From assembly GCF_009914755.1 (NCBI RefSeq), contig NC_060932.1: a DNA stretch of 64,000 nt; one strand, written 5' to 3'. Under the pieces are notes generated by a model. The model saw only the letters and a program-made list of their open reading frames with translations. It made no database searches and was not told the origin of the DNA. Positions 30,530 to 44,898 of this stretch are shown here, one piece after another; positions within the stretch are counted from its first letter, which is position 1; every line of letters begins with the position of its first letter. Source of the DNA: the human T2T-CHM13v2.0 reference genome, Homo sapiens. The position numbers were made by a program, and so were the translations under genes.

Positions 30530-30530
<1 letters not shown>
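29655..30530 (+). mobile_element. MaLR internal sequence (MST/THE1-int) interrupted by an antisense THE1-type LTR (~29900-30238)
   Basis: MaLR-int motifs (ggcctggaggcctaggaggga; cccactggggcactgcctagtggagct-like) flank a segment ending cagagccaaaccatatca, the reverse complement of the THE1 start. Confidence 0.8.
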
Positions 30531-32630
<2,100 letters not shown>

Positions 32631-34124
32631 TAAAATAAAACAAGAGGGGGTTGGTTAAAAAACTTAAAAGGAGGGGTAGATGTTCCCTTGTTTTTTTCTC
32701 TTGGCTTTTTTCCTACCTGCTGCCTGGAATTCAAAAATGATAGGTGGGGATTTAGCAGCCAAACTAGAGCCTCTTTTACACTATAGCAGAACAGAGTGCT
32801 GGAAGGGGCCTGCATCCCTAATGAATTTGGCAGGTATCTGTACTAGCCATGGTAGGTAGAACTATAGATTTAAGTGAGGGAGAAACAAACTTCTGCCTTG
32901 TTTAAGCTACTTTGTTCAGACATTAATTTTATATACATATAGAGAACATATGCTCCTTTATGAGTAGGAAAAATGTTTATGCCATATGGTCCATGATGGG
33001 TGTTCAACAATGTAGGATGAGGCTGATTATGATGACAATGGTGACAAATAGCATGAAATAATAAGCAATGAAAATAAGGTGGCCTCATAGTTGTGTATGG
33101 TTACTTTATTTAAAGATTCTGCTGCTAATATCATTCAATGTATTTGTATGCTGGTGGGAGTTTTGTTAGATGTAGACTAAGAAAGTTTACATTATTTAAT
33201 GAAAAATACTTGACCAATTTAAAAAAAAATAAAAATATCATGAGATGGAACTAAGCATCTGTATTGCAAAGTAACTCTCCCAGTTGATTTTCTGCATAGT
33301 AATGATTGAGAATCCCCTGATCTAGATCCAATAGATCTCGACCTTTATAGGTGCTATCAAGGAAGCACCTAAGGAAGACAATTTTCCTGACTATATCCAT
33401 ACCTCCAGTTAGTAATAGATCTAGAGATCTAGAACCCAAATCCAAACCTCCTGCCTCCACGTGCGGTGGTCTTTCGCTGTTGTTTTGTTCCACTTGGTGA
33501 AGAGGATTTGAGAATAAATAGCCACATGATTCAACTCCCTCCTCAGTTCTGAGGAATATAGCCTTGTCCTAGCAAGCAAGAAGTTCATACAGTAGTGGAT
33601 GAGGCAAATATACATTCACTAATCTAACATACAAGGCAGTAAGTACTGTAACATAAACAAAGCACTTTGGAGTTTCAGACCAGGAGCAAGTGGGGTGATT
33701 AATTCTTAGCAGGGCTAGTAAAGTCTGGGAAGTGTTCACTAACAAAATGTCTGGTCATTAATGAAACCAACTGGTTTCTCAACACAGTCTAATTTATTGT
33801 AACAATATAAATGGTTGTTTGTTCATAAACTTTCATCTTTTGCCAAAATGTAGCTTATGTCCCCATTTAACAAGGTTTTCTGGCCAAAACTGTGCACCCA
33901 CATCATTCTAATGAACTGGCTGTCCAATAAAAAAAAAGGATTCTCAGTCTTCCCATAAAAGCAATTTTGCGTGCATAGAACACCTCTATCTATGAATATC
34001 CCTAAGGAGGTACAGAAAGACTCTTATTATCCAAACAGAGACATTCCACTGCTGCTAGAGAGCCACAGACGGAAGTTTTCTCTGCCTCCTGGAAATGAAG
34101 CCAAACTTTTTTCTTTCTTCAGCC

Positions 34125-34182
34125 ATGAGGATTGCTGTCCTCTTCTTCACCATTTTCTTCTTTATGAGCCAAGTTCTACCAG
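34125..34182 (+). CDS. DEFB108C: Beta-defensin 108 exon 1 (signal peptide MRIAVLFFTIFFFMSQVLP)
   Basis: Kozak gccATGA; 58-nt phase-1 exon ending CCAG|gtaac. The A versus C paralog is inferred from adjacency to ZNF705G. Confidence 0.88.
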
Positions 34183-36004
34183 GTAACAAAATAAACTTGG
34201 TAAGAGTAGAGTGCCTAACACCTTACAGGGATTCAGTACTCAAAGAGAAATCACCATCACCTATGACCAGAAAAGGGGGTCTCATAGGAAACCTGGAAGA
34301 CTCATTGGCTGAGAGGCCTGCAGCCATCTAATTCGTTAATTCTCCATAGCAACCCAGTTAAATGAAGTCAATGGTGTTTCAAGTCTTTGAAACCCTCTTA
34401 TTCCATCTCCAAATTAGGCAAGTTTACTAGCAGTTACTAGACCTCAAAAATTAAAAATCAGGCATTATTCTACTAAATTTTTGTCTCCAAAGCTCCTCTT
34501 TCGGCAAAAGTCAGTTATCCTAAGAACTGGCATAAGAGCTATGCCAAAGCTGTGGTAGGCTCAGACAGAAGGGATTGGTGGAAGAAGTCTCTTTGAAAAT
34601 ATTACTATAATCTAAGAAATCTTTAACCTATTGCTCCCCGATACTGTTGGTCCCTGGAGCTTGACTTTTCCCCTTAAGGCTCCATCTCCATCCCTGGCTG
34701 TCCCTCTTCCTTCTCAGCATCTAGTCTTGTAATGTAGAATTTAAACACAGGAACCAGGGATGATCCCACACCAGAGCATAGCCTACTGCATTCAGCATGC
34801 GAACATTAATCACAGGTATAAGGCCCCTTGCACAGACATGCTTTGGAGAAGTGTGTATAGGACTTCTTGGATTGGCCCAAGGTGGTTACCAGATACCCAA
34901 AGTAGATTCAAAAATTTTCTGGAACTCCTGAACATGTGTATTCAAGGACGAATAAGCAACTTATTGCCTCTATTTTTGCTGTTTTATAGAGAAAAAAATT
35001 AAGGCCCTGGAAACTGAACTGTTTTTCCCAACAGTGGGGTAAATGTCAGAGTCAACACTTTGTTTTAATATCCTGGCTTTCCCTATACATCCCACCCTAG
35101 AGTTCTGTTGTGCTGTTCCTTTGTATTACTTTCTAAAGCCTGAAAAAAGGTGATACCATATCCAATTATATTAACTCGGTAGCACACAACATCGGGGACT
35201 GACATAAGATTATTATCCTTGTGGCATTACTGAATTCCTATCTCACTAGTACTTGTTAAATAGTCATCCTGGCTAAATACATGGGTTTGATTTTTTTTAA
35301 TCAGTTAAAAATATTTTAAAATATGTGTCTTACATATATAACCCCAGAAAATCAATGCTTTTAATCAAGGTTTAAAAATTCCAAATTTGGATAAACACAT
35401 TTTGTTTTGTTTTGTTTTCACTGTTACTCAATCAAAATAGAAGCAACTAATTGGATAGAACAGCACAGGCAGAAGCATGACTCACAGTCAAAAATGGGAT
35501 GCAACAAGCCTGGAGAAGAAAACACAGGATGGTGCTAAAGAATGCACCCTAATGAAAGGTGGCATCTCCTCTGGATGTCCTTAGGTAGACATTGAAGCAG
35601 AACTGCCAACTTTTTGTAGAAGGCTAGAGAGGAGAGGAGGACACAGAGAGAGGGCAAGAGTGGAAAACAGAATGAGGCTCAGAATACCAAGCCTTAGTGC
35701 TGTCCCTATCATCTGCTTCACTCGATCACTGGGTAATCTTGGGCAAGTTTCTTCCTTTCCATCAGCTTATTTCCTCAACTTTAAGGTAGGTGACTAGACA
35801 AGACAGCCTATGTTCATTGTAACTCTATCTTTTGTTCCTAAAGCAAATGGCCGGAAAAGACATAGTGTCCACAATATGCAATACACAAGGTTTACAAGAA
35901 AGAACAAATGAAAACGAAAGATTTTTAAAATCCCTAATGTTACTTGAATTCTTACAAATGAACAATGGTACATCATAATTTTAAAAAGTCTTTTGTAATT
36001 TCAA

Positions 36005-36575
36005 TTTTTAAAAATAACTTCAACCTTTATTTTAGATTCAGGGAGTGCATGTGCAGATTTGTTACATGGGTATATTGTGTGATATTGAGGTTTGGGGTAT
36101 GAATAACTCTGTCACGCAGGTAGGGTGTGCCCAAAGAGTAGCTTTTCAGACTTTACTCCCTCTCCCTCCCCTCCTGGTAAGACCCAATCTCTCTTGTTCC
36201 CATTTTTATGTCCATGTGCACTCATTGCTCGGCTCCCCCTTATAACTGAGAATATGTGGTATTTGTCTTCCTGTTCTTGAGCTAATTTGCTTAGAATAAA
36301 GTCCTCCAGCTGCACCCATGTTGCTGAAAAGGACACAATTTTGTTCTTTTTATGGATGCATAGTATTCCGTGACATATATGTACTACATTTTCTTTATTC
36401 AATCCACTGTTGATGAACACCTAGTTTGATTCCATACCTTTGCTACTGTGAATACCACTGTGATGAACATACAGATTTAGGTCTTTTTACAAGACTGATT
36501 TATTTTCCTTTGGATATACACCCAGTAGTGAGATTACTGGGTCAAATGTTAGTTCTGTATTAAGTTTCTCGAAAA
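36005..36575 (-). mobile_element. LINE-1 3' end (antisense) in the DEFB108 intron
   Basis: Reverse L1 3'UTR (catgtgcagatttgttacatgggtata, ggatatacacccagtagtgagattactggg). Confidence 0.9.
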
Positions 36576-38167
36576 GTGGTTTGAAAATATAATGCTCAAT
36601 AGAATCAGGTATAGTAAAATAGTACACATGATTCAAAGACCTCTGAACCGAGAGTAACAACAAATTTCTGCACAAACATATTGCAAGTTAGAAAATAGCT
36701 GTATTTTAATCAATTATTCCACAATCATTTACTGAATAGCTATTATAAGCCAAGACTTTAATCAGATTCTGGAATATACATACAGAGGAGAATAAGATAC
36801 TATTCCTGCCCTCAAGAAATTCATTATCAAGAATTGAGGTCAGATGGGAAAACACCACCCATAGTAGAATGCAAGAAGTACTACCACAGAGGGATGTTCA
36901 AGAGTGATTTATCACATATCACAAGACAGGTCAGTGGTTCATCCTCTACACTATACTAATCTCTTATGACTCTTCCAGCTGCAAAGGGCCAATTTTAGCA
37001 CAAGGCCAGTGGGCTTGGGTACTACTATATGTAGTAGCTGACTACTTACAGATAAAAGGAAGAGATGGAAAGCTCAGGGATCAAAAAACTCAGATTTCAG
37101 CTTGTTTCTACCAAGTGGTCAACATTTACAATTACCATTGTCTTCAGAAAAGCATGACCTTTATTTCCCAATTTGCATTACAGATATAAATATGATGTTG
37201 CATATATTTGGTCTTCACATCAATCCACTAACTGCTTTGTGACCATTGAAAAGTTAAATGGAATCTAATACATTTGGATTTCAGGTCAATTAAATAGGCA
37301 TTTATTGAATGTTTATTAAAATCGCTGTACTGATTGAAAGCTATTCTAGAATTGGCTTTTGTGTTCCAGAATAGAAAAAAAAAAGTGCTGGTTTTTATAC
37401 CTCTCTTACTGCCAAGAAGTTATCATGGAAAAGGTGCTCTGTGTTACATACAAAGACTGCTCAGAATTAAAACACTTTTCAAACTCAGTACCTCAGAGTG
37501 TGTGGCCTATCCCCAGAGCGGTGATATCTTAGGACATAAATGAAATACTATTCAATGTTTTCAACAAGTATAGTTTTTGAGCCTTTAAGAAGACCTTGAA
37601 TGTTTCACTCTTAATATATGCAATGGTTTCTAGAGAAAAATTGCAACCTCAAAGACCAGTGCCAGAGATATGAGTAGTGAGTGAAGTCTCAGGGTGTAAC
37701 AAGTAATGGCACAGATATATTTATGTATTAAACACATAGGAATATTGTTCCCTTCCACAGGAAAAATATCCTCTCTAACAATTGAAGTATATTATCTTTT
37801 AGGTCTATATTTCAGTTCTACTTTTGAAAGATACATCTATTATAATCTATCATATAGAGAGAGTGTGTGTGTGTGTGTAGGAATAAAAACAGCTGATCCA
37901 AAAGAGATTTTCTTCTCTTTCACTCCAGGAAAATCCATAGTACAGGACATTATATTTTCTTAAAAGGCTGACATCTCCCATCAGTGTTAGAAGACAATAA
38001 GGAAGAAATAAACTGAAACTTGTATGCTCTAGAACTTGTAAAGGGAAGCAGGCTACTCACCTCCAGCCTTTTGTCATGTAGGTGCACCCAATATTCTCAG
38101 ATTTTTCAAGAACACCAAAAAATCCAAATTTTTGTGTGGCAGCAGATTTTTAAGTGTTTAAGAAATC

Positions 38168-38172
<5 letters not shown>

Positions 38173-38210
<38 letters not shown>

Positions 38211-38217
38211 ACACACA
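38173..38217. repeat. (CA)n microsatellite
   Basis: Directly visible. Confidence 0.95.
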
Positions 38218-38322
38218 AATCCACACAAGATTATTTTCAGGCACTGCCCCCTACGTCCATGTAATTCAATACAAAGTAAAGAAAGACTGATGAATGGTTA
38301 CAATAACCCCTTCTGCATGTAG

Positions 38323-38486
38323 CCAAGGGCAAATTCAAGGAGATCTGTGAACGTCCAAATGGCTCCTGTCGGGACTTTTGCCTCGAAACAGAAATCCATG
38401 TAGGGAGATGTTTAAATAGCCGACCCTGCTGCCTGCCTCTGGGGCATCAACCAAGAATTGAGAGCACTACACCCAAAAAGGACTGA
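38323..38486 (+). CDS. DEFB108C: Beta-defensin 108 exon 2 (mature peptide)
   Basis: tgtag|CC AAG..: (A)[53 protein letters not shown]. All six Cys present; 58+164=222 nt = 73 aa; AATAAA at ~38608. Confidence 0.92.
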
Positions 38487-38657
38487 AGCCTGTTGTTTTC
38501 TGGAGGTTTTAGGTTCTCTTTTTTCTCTCTCCCTCTCCCTGTCTCCCTGTCTCCCGTTCCCTCTCTCCATTTTTCTCACAGGGATTTTTATTGAATCCTC
38601 AAAAAAGAATAAACCAAAACCAACCAGCACAAAACCTCTTTTAAAAGTTTATATTAC

Positions 38658-38971
<314 letters not shown>

Positions 38972-39436
38972 TTACATGTTATGACTTGATTACTGTTTGG
39001 TTTCCAGTATCCTTCTATCCCATCTAGATGAGCTCTTAGTTGAAAATGACATACAGCAGGGTGGGGGAACTTTCAATCATACCCATTGCTTTTGTCTAGC
39101 ACTGTAACCCTTCACCCTGCATGTGGGAAGACCACTCCCCTTTTTTACTAGGAAAATGCGCCATCCTATTCCATGCAGCCTTGCGGGGGTCTGTCTCTCC
39201 CTGATAAAGGTGCAGCACATGGGAAAATTGCACAATCACGTCAACCAGACTTCACCAGAAATCTAAATTATAAAAAGAGTTGCACTCAGATTAAAGGCAA
39301 TTTTTTCAGCACCCTTTTCGGAGGCAATTCCCTGGGTCTGTACATGTATGCCTGGCCAAGATTCAGGGAATTCCTTTGCTTCCCAGCTTTCACTGGGCAT
39401 AATCATTCAGCATTTTCTTCCATCTTTTAAAATACT

Positions 39437-39945
39437 GTATTGGCTTCCTACGGCTCCTATAACAAATTACAACAAACTTAGTGGCTTAAAGCAACACAAA
39501 TGCATTATCTGACAGTTCTATAGGCTGCAGGTTTCAGATGGATCTCAGTGGGCCAACATCAAGGTGTCAGCAGGGCTGAGCTTTCTTCTGGAAGCTCTGC
39601 AGTTTTCTTCCTGCACCTTTATCCCAGCAATGGCAGGTTACTCCTGGGCACCATAGCTTCCTTCATACATTTTCAAAGCCAGCAACGGAGCGTTGAGTCC
39701 TCACATTCCATCATTCTGAATTCATCTTCTCCCCACTCTTCCATTTTTTAGGACTCATGATTACATTGGGCCCACCTGGATAATCTAAGATAATCTCCCT
39801 ATTTTAAGGTCAGGTGATTAACAGCCTTAATTTCACAGGAAACCTCAATTCCCCTTTGCTTACACGGTGGCACATTCACAGGACCCAGGAGTTAGGATGT
39901 GGATAGCTTTGGCGGGAGACAGAGGGGACATTATTCTGCCTACAA
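39437..39945. mobile_element. MLT1 (MaLR) LTR
   Basis: tgtattggcttcct..ataacaaattacaacaaacttagtggcttaaagcaacac, gattacattgggcccacctggataatc, ending tattctgcctacaaca. Confidence 0.82.
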
Positions 39946-40420
39946 CAGCCACTGAGTGCTTTTACCACCTGTCACAATTTTCCTCCATTTAGACACAACT
40001 TTAGTGGCTTTGTGTGAAGAGATTCTCATTCATAGAGTTTTCTTTTTTGTGTAAAGTAGTGGGGGGCCTCCCCTTGGTCATTGAAAGAGTATAGAATCAA
40101 GATATTTAAAAGTATGTTAGCTGGATTTTATTTTTCACTATGCCTGATTTGGCCAAGAAACAATGTTAAGTTATGTCACATGGACTACTCGAAATCTCAA
40201 AAAGTTCAAAACATTGGGTTCAAAATCTCGGAGATTGAGATATATTCCAACCAACTCAACCCTATGGAAGTGCCAAGTTTTCCTCAGTGCACTCTTGAAA
40301 CTGCATCACCAACTGTCCCTTTAATATATTTTTGCACTATATAACATTTATTTCTTAGAAAAGAAGCAGTTTGGACACGTATATTAAAGCCGTCACATAG
40401 AATATTATCCTCTCATTGCT

Positions 40421-41736
40421 AGGAGGCGGTCTTCAAGATGGCTGACTAGAGGTACCAGGCACTGTGTCCTCCCAAAGAAAGACCAAGACAGCAAGTAGAT
40501 AATCATACCTTGAAGAGGGCATGAAAGAGGGCACTAGAATTCAGCAGCAAAGTGATGAGGAATCTCTGAGGTATGGAAGGAAGGAAAATGAAGCAGCTGC
40601 CCAGCCAGAATCAGCTTAAAGCCAGGACAGGCTCTCCAGTGTGGTGAAAAGGTAAAAAAGAGAGCCCCAGTGGTCCATATTCCCACTGTGGACACTGCAA
40701 TCCTAGCCAAGGGACAGTCTCTCAGCCCTCGCAGGCCCTGAGACTGCTATAGGGAGCTGCCTGGAGTCTAGGTGATGGTCATTGTCCCAGAGAAGGAGTT
40801 GGCACTGGATCGTCTGCACCTGCCCCCAGACACAGGCAGCTGTGGCACAATGCCAATTTGAGAGCCCAGCCCCCAAAAGACTACATCCTGCCCTGGGGCC
40901 CAACAGCCCCTGCATCTCCACATCTCTGGACCCTCAGTGACATTCCCTCATGTCCATCCAGAGTCCTGCAGAGTCACAATACCAGCTGAACTCACCAGTG
41001 TAGCTTGGTCCCCATCACTCTAGCCTACACAGTGTCCTACACTCCAGGGAACTGGCTGTGCCATTCACTAGGGAGGCTGCCCCCAGAACAAAGGGAGCTG
41101 AAGCAGGCACTCTTCTCAAGTGGAGAGTCACCTTCCCAGGACCACTGACACTGACAGCAATCCTGGCCCCCAGGAGCAGGGCCACTGCACACCTGCAGGC
41201 ATCCTCAGGGGACCTGGGGACTCACCTGCCTGAGCACTATTCCAGGGCCAGAGCACAGGCCCATCCCACCCATTGCTGTCACTACCACTACCCAAGGTCG
41301 TTGTCCAGGAGGCTGGGGATCAACCCACACTGCTGTCTGTCATTGGCACCTGTGCATGCCTTCTTGTGAACTGAGTATGAGCCCACCCAGCCTGGTGGTG
41401 CCTGTGCACATTGTCTGGGAGCCTGGGAATTAATCCACCATGCCTATCACCATCAAGTACCTGTGTGTCTCCTGAGAGCTTAAGGATAGGACTTCCCAGC
41501 CTGCCATCACAGCTGTCACCAGTGCCCACATATTTGCACCAGGTGAAAGCCTGAGGACTACTCTGTCCATCATGTTGCCATGACTGTTGGTGTCTGCACA
41601 TGCCATCTGGGGTCACGAGAGTTGACCTGCTATGACTACTGCAATTGCTGATGCTACACATGCCTCCCAGGGTCTTGAGGGCATGCCTATCTACCGAGCT
41701 CACCACTGTCACTGCTGGCACTTGAGAAAGCCACCT
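40421..41736 (+). mobile_element. Old LINE-1 5'UTR (L1PB/L1M-type), 3'-truncated
   Basis: Starts ggaggcggtcttcaagatggctgactaga; GC-rich with ccac/ctg subrepeats. Confidence 0.72.
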
Positions 41737-42038
41737 GACTCACGCCTGTAATCCTAGCACTTTGGAAGGCTGAGGGGGGCAGATCACCCGAGGTCGGGAG
41801 TTCAAGACCAGCCTGACCAACATGGAGAAACTCCATCTCTACTAAAGACAAAATTAGCTGGGCATGGAGGCGCATGCCTGTAATCCCAGCTACTCTGGAG
41901 GCTGAGGCAGGAGAATTGCTTGAGCCCAGGAGGCAGAGTTGCAGTGAGTTGAAATTGTGCCACTGCACTGCAGCCTGGCCTACAGAGCTAGACTCTGTCT
42001 CAAAACAACAACAACAAAAAAAAAAAAAAAAAAAAAAA
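41737..42038 (+). mobile_element. Alu (AluSp-like) lacking its first ~15 nt
   Basis: Begins at ctcacgcctgtaatcc; has accaacatggagaaac; CAA/A tail. Confidence 0.92.
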
Positions 42039-42437
42039 ACACAACACATCTTTGCCGTGATGTCTGGTAAACAGAAAGTGGTCAGCATTATTTGTTATTA
42101 GTATTAGTGTTGTCGTTGCCATTGCTTTGATTCACATGGAAATGGTTTGTAAGCTGTGATGCCTACTATTAATGTTATCTATCACAATTGTTAGTTATGT
42201 CTGGTATCTATTGCAACAACTAGATGAATGTAATCTTGGGAAAAAATTTTAAATTTCTTTAAGCTTCTCTCTCCTGATTTGTAAAATGAAATTTGTTGTA
42301 CATGCTGTGTTTTTCTCAGCTATGCAGCTGTTCAGTTATTCCATATTTCAGTGCTTCCTTGGCTGATCAATCAATTTGGCCTACGTCAGCTCCAAGGGCA
42401 TCCACTTCATCATCCTCCAGGTGGACTTGTAGCTTAC

Positions 42438-42587
42438 CTGAGGCTGTTTGTATCAGACATCCAAGAAGGAGAAAGAGAAGGAACAGCAGTGTCATGATGG
42501 GAAATGAGTGGTCAGGATTATACGATGACCTTACAGCCTGAAGGTGGCTCTTTCTTCAGTGTACATCAATTGAGGAGGACAAGTGAT
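42438..42587 (-). other. 150-nt exon containing an orphan beta-defensin signal-peptide ORF (MTLLFLLFLLLGCLIQTAS-G, 42495-42438); probable ZNF705 5'UTR exon
   Basis: Acceptor cattcccag| at 42588 and strong donor CAG|gtaagc at 42437. ATG-to-donor is 58 nt, phase 1, the same geometry as defensin exon 1. The peptide resembles the recalled rodent Defb33 signal (MRLLFLLFILLVCLAQTTSG). Confidence 0.7.
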
Positions 42588-42614
42588 CTGGGAATGAGTT
42601 TGAATTCAGCTGGG

Positions 42615-42895
42615 AAACTAACACAGGAATAGAAAACCAAATATTGCACATTCTCACTTATAAATAAGAGCTAAGCATTGAGCAGACATGGACATAAATA
42701 TGGGAATTATAGACACTGTGAACTACTAGAGGGTGGAGGGAGGAGTTGGGTTAAAAAACTACCTATCTGGTACTATGTTCAGTACCAGGGTAATGAGATC
42801 CATACTCCAAACCACCACATAATACCATATTCCCATGTAACAAATCTGCGCATGTACCTACTGTATCTAAAATAAGTTGAAATTTTAAAAAAATG
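42615..42895 (+). mobile_element. LINE-1 3'UTR fragment
   Basis: gaaaaccaaatattgcacattctcactta...atctaaaataagttgaaa. Confidence 0.85.
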
Positions 42896-43779
42896 AACAT
42901 ACATAGAGTAAATGGATCTTTTTTGAAATAATTTTGGGTAACTAATACTTAAATCCAGAAGCAGCAGTTTATTGCACTTTTGTTTCATTTTAGCCAATTT
43001 CTACATGTATGTGGCTAAGCACACAAGGGCGTGATACAAAAGTGGCAAAACAGATCTGCTGAGCTACCTGCAAATGCCTTTCAGAAATAAAATAAAGCAT
43101 CCTTTAGTGGTGATGCTTCTTCTCAAGAGCAAATGACTCCACTCAAAGTAAATCACTGCAAAATTTAAAAAGAAGAAGAACAACAACAACGACAACAATT
43201 CATCTAGAGAGAAAAAGCTTGCATTCCTGATTCAAATGTTCAAATTATGGCATGGCTGTAACCTGAGAATGTTCCATCTATGGACTCATGATTACAGATC
43301 CAAGTCTCCTCCTATTCAAATAGAAAGTCTTCACAATAATTTTGCATTTTCTGGTGGATTTTCATTTCTGCTTATGGCTCTGAGGTTTGGTGCCTTTTTT
43401 CCCCAGAATAAATTATTATAAAATAGTGATATTGAGGATTCATCCATTTATTCATTTATCCTCATTCATTTCATGTCTCTGCATCTATCAACTTTCCTTT
43501 TGGAAATATAAAGAAAACCACCCTTTAAACATTTTTTATTTCTTCCATTCTATAAAAAAGTTTATTTTTAATGCCAGACCATGTAAGGGCAGCTATTTTA
43601 AAATTGCGTTTTGATTAAAATTGCATTTTGAATTCATGCAAGATTACTTTCTGTCAACTGCCTCTTTCCACACATCTATGGATTAAATTAACCAACATTT
43701 AATACCACTGACATTACCTTATTTCAAGATCTGAAAGTGCTACATGAATCATTAAGGAGAGGTTAAATTCTCTCTCTTC

Positions 43780-44020
43780 TTTTCAAATTTCAGTAGTTTT
43801 TGGGGTACAGATAGTTTTTTGTTACATGGATGAATTACATAGTGGTGAATTCTGAGATTTTAGTACACCTGTCACCTGAGTAGAGTACATTGTACCTAAT
43901 AGGTAGTTTTGTATTCCTAGCCCTGCGGCCTTCTGAGTCTCTAAAATCCATCATATCACTCTGTATGCCTTTTTGAACTCATACCCTAGCTCCCACTTAT
44001 AAATGAGAGCACTTGGTTTT
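43780..44020 (-). mobile_element. LINE-1 3'UTR fragment (L1PB-like)
   Basis: tttttggggtacagatagttttttgttacatggatga...agctcccacttataaatgag. Confidence 0.82.
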
Positions 44021-44550
44021 TTGGAAAACCACCCATTTTAGAAGCTAAAAAAGGAGAAGAAATTCTGTAAATGGAAATTACATTTTTTCCTTGGTTGAGT
44101 TCAATGTTTGATTTTTTTTTTTTTTTTTTTTTGCTACCTGGTTAAAAGCGATAATTCTAGGCAGGCTCTTACCATGTCAAACTTCTGCATAGATTACAAC
44201 TAGGTGACACATTAGGGGCCAAAGAGTTTCTTAATCATGTAGTGCAATGCATTTTTATGGTAAAGGAATTAAACAGCAGAAAGTATACACGGTAAAACAC
44301 TGAAATTCCTCCTTCTCTCTTTCCCCTCCACATCTGTGTTGCTTTATATTGTTTCTACATCTCTCTTCTTCTCTACACTGTGAGCTTCTAAAGTAACAGG
44401 CACTGTCTGATTACCTTACTTCCTCAGCCCCTGAGAAGTACCTAGCAGAGACGAGGTACTCACGTATTTGTTTAAACAAATGAAACTTGAATGAAAGAAT
44501 CAATACATGAATGAATAAATTGACAGAGGGAGGAAGGAGGTAAGGAAGTG

Positions 44551-44898
44551 CTGTGGCCTGAATGTTTGAATATTTGTGTCTCCCCATTCATCTGTTGAAA
44601 TGCCAACCCCCAAAGTGGTGATGATATTACAAGGTGCGGGCTTTGAGGAGGTGATTAAGTCGTGGAGCTGAAGCCCTTGTGATGGGATTGCTGCCCTTAT
44701 AAAAGAGGCCTGAAGGAGCTCGTTTGTACCTTTCACCACATAACAACACAGAGAAGGAAGCGAGCTCTCTCCAGACACCTATGCCGGTGTCTTGATCTTG
44801 GACTTCCAACCTCGAGAACTGTGAGAAGTAAACTTCTGCTCTTTATAAGCCACCCTGTTTATATTACTTTTTAATAGCATCCCAAATGGACTAAGGCA
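44551..44898. mobile_element. MLT1A-type LTR
   Basis: tgtggcctgaatgtt...ttgatcttggacttccaacctc.agaactgtgaga...aaatggactaaggca. Confidence 0.85.

Noticed and set aside
39170-39300. Minus-strand TGTGCTGC (Cys-Cys) examined as the missing exon 2 of the orphan defensin
   Set aside because: Upstream cysteine spacing and reading frame do not fit a beta-defensin motif.
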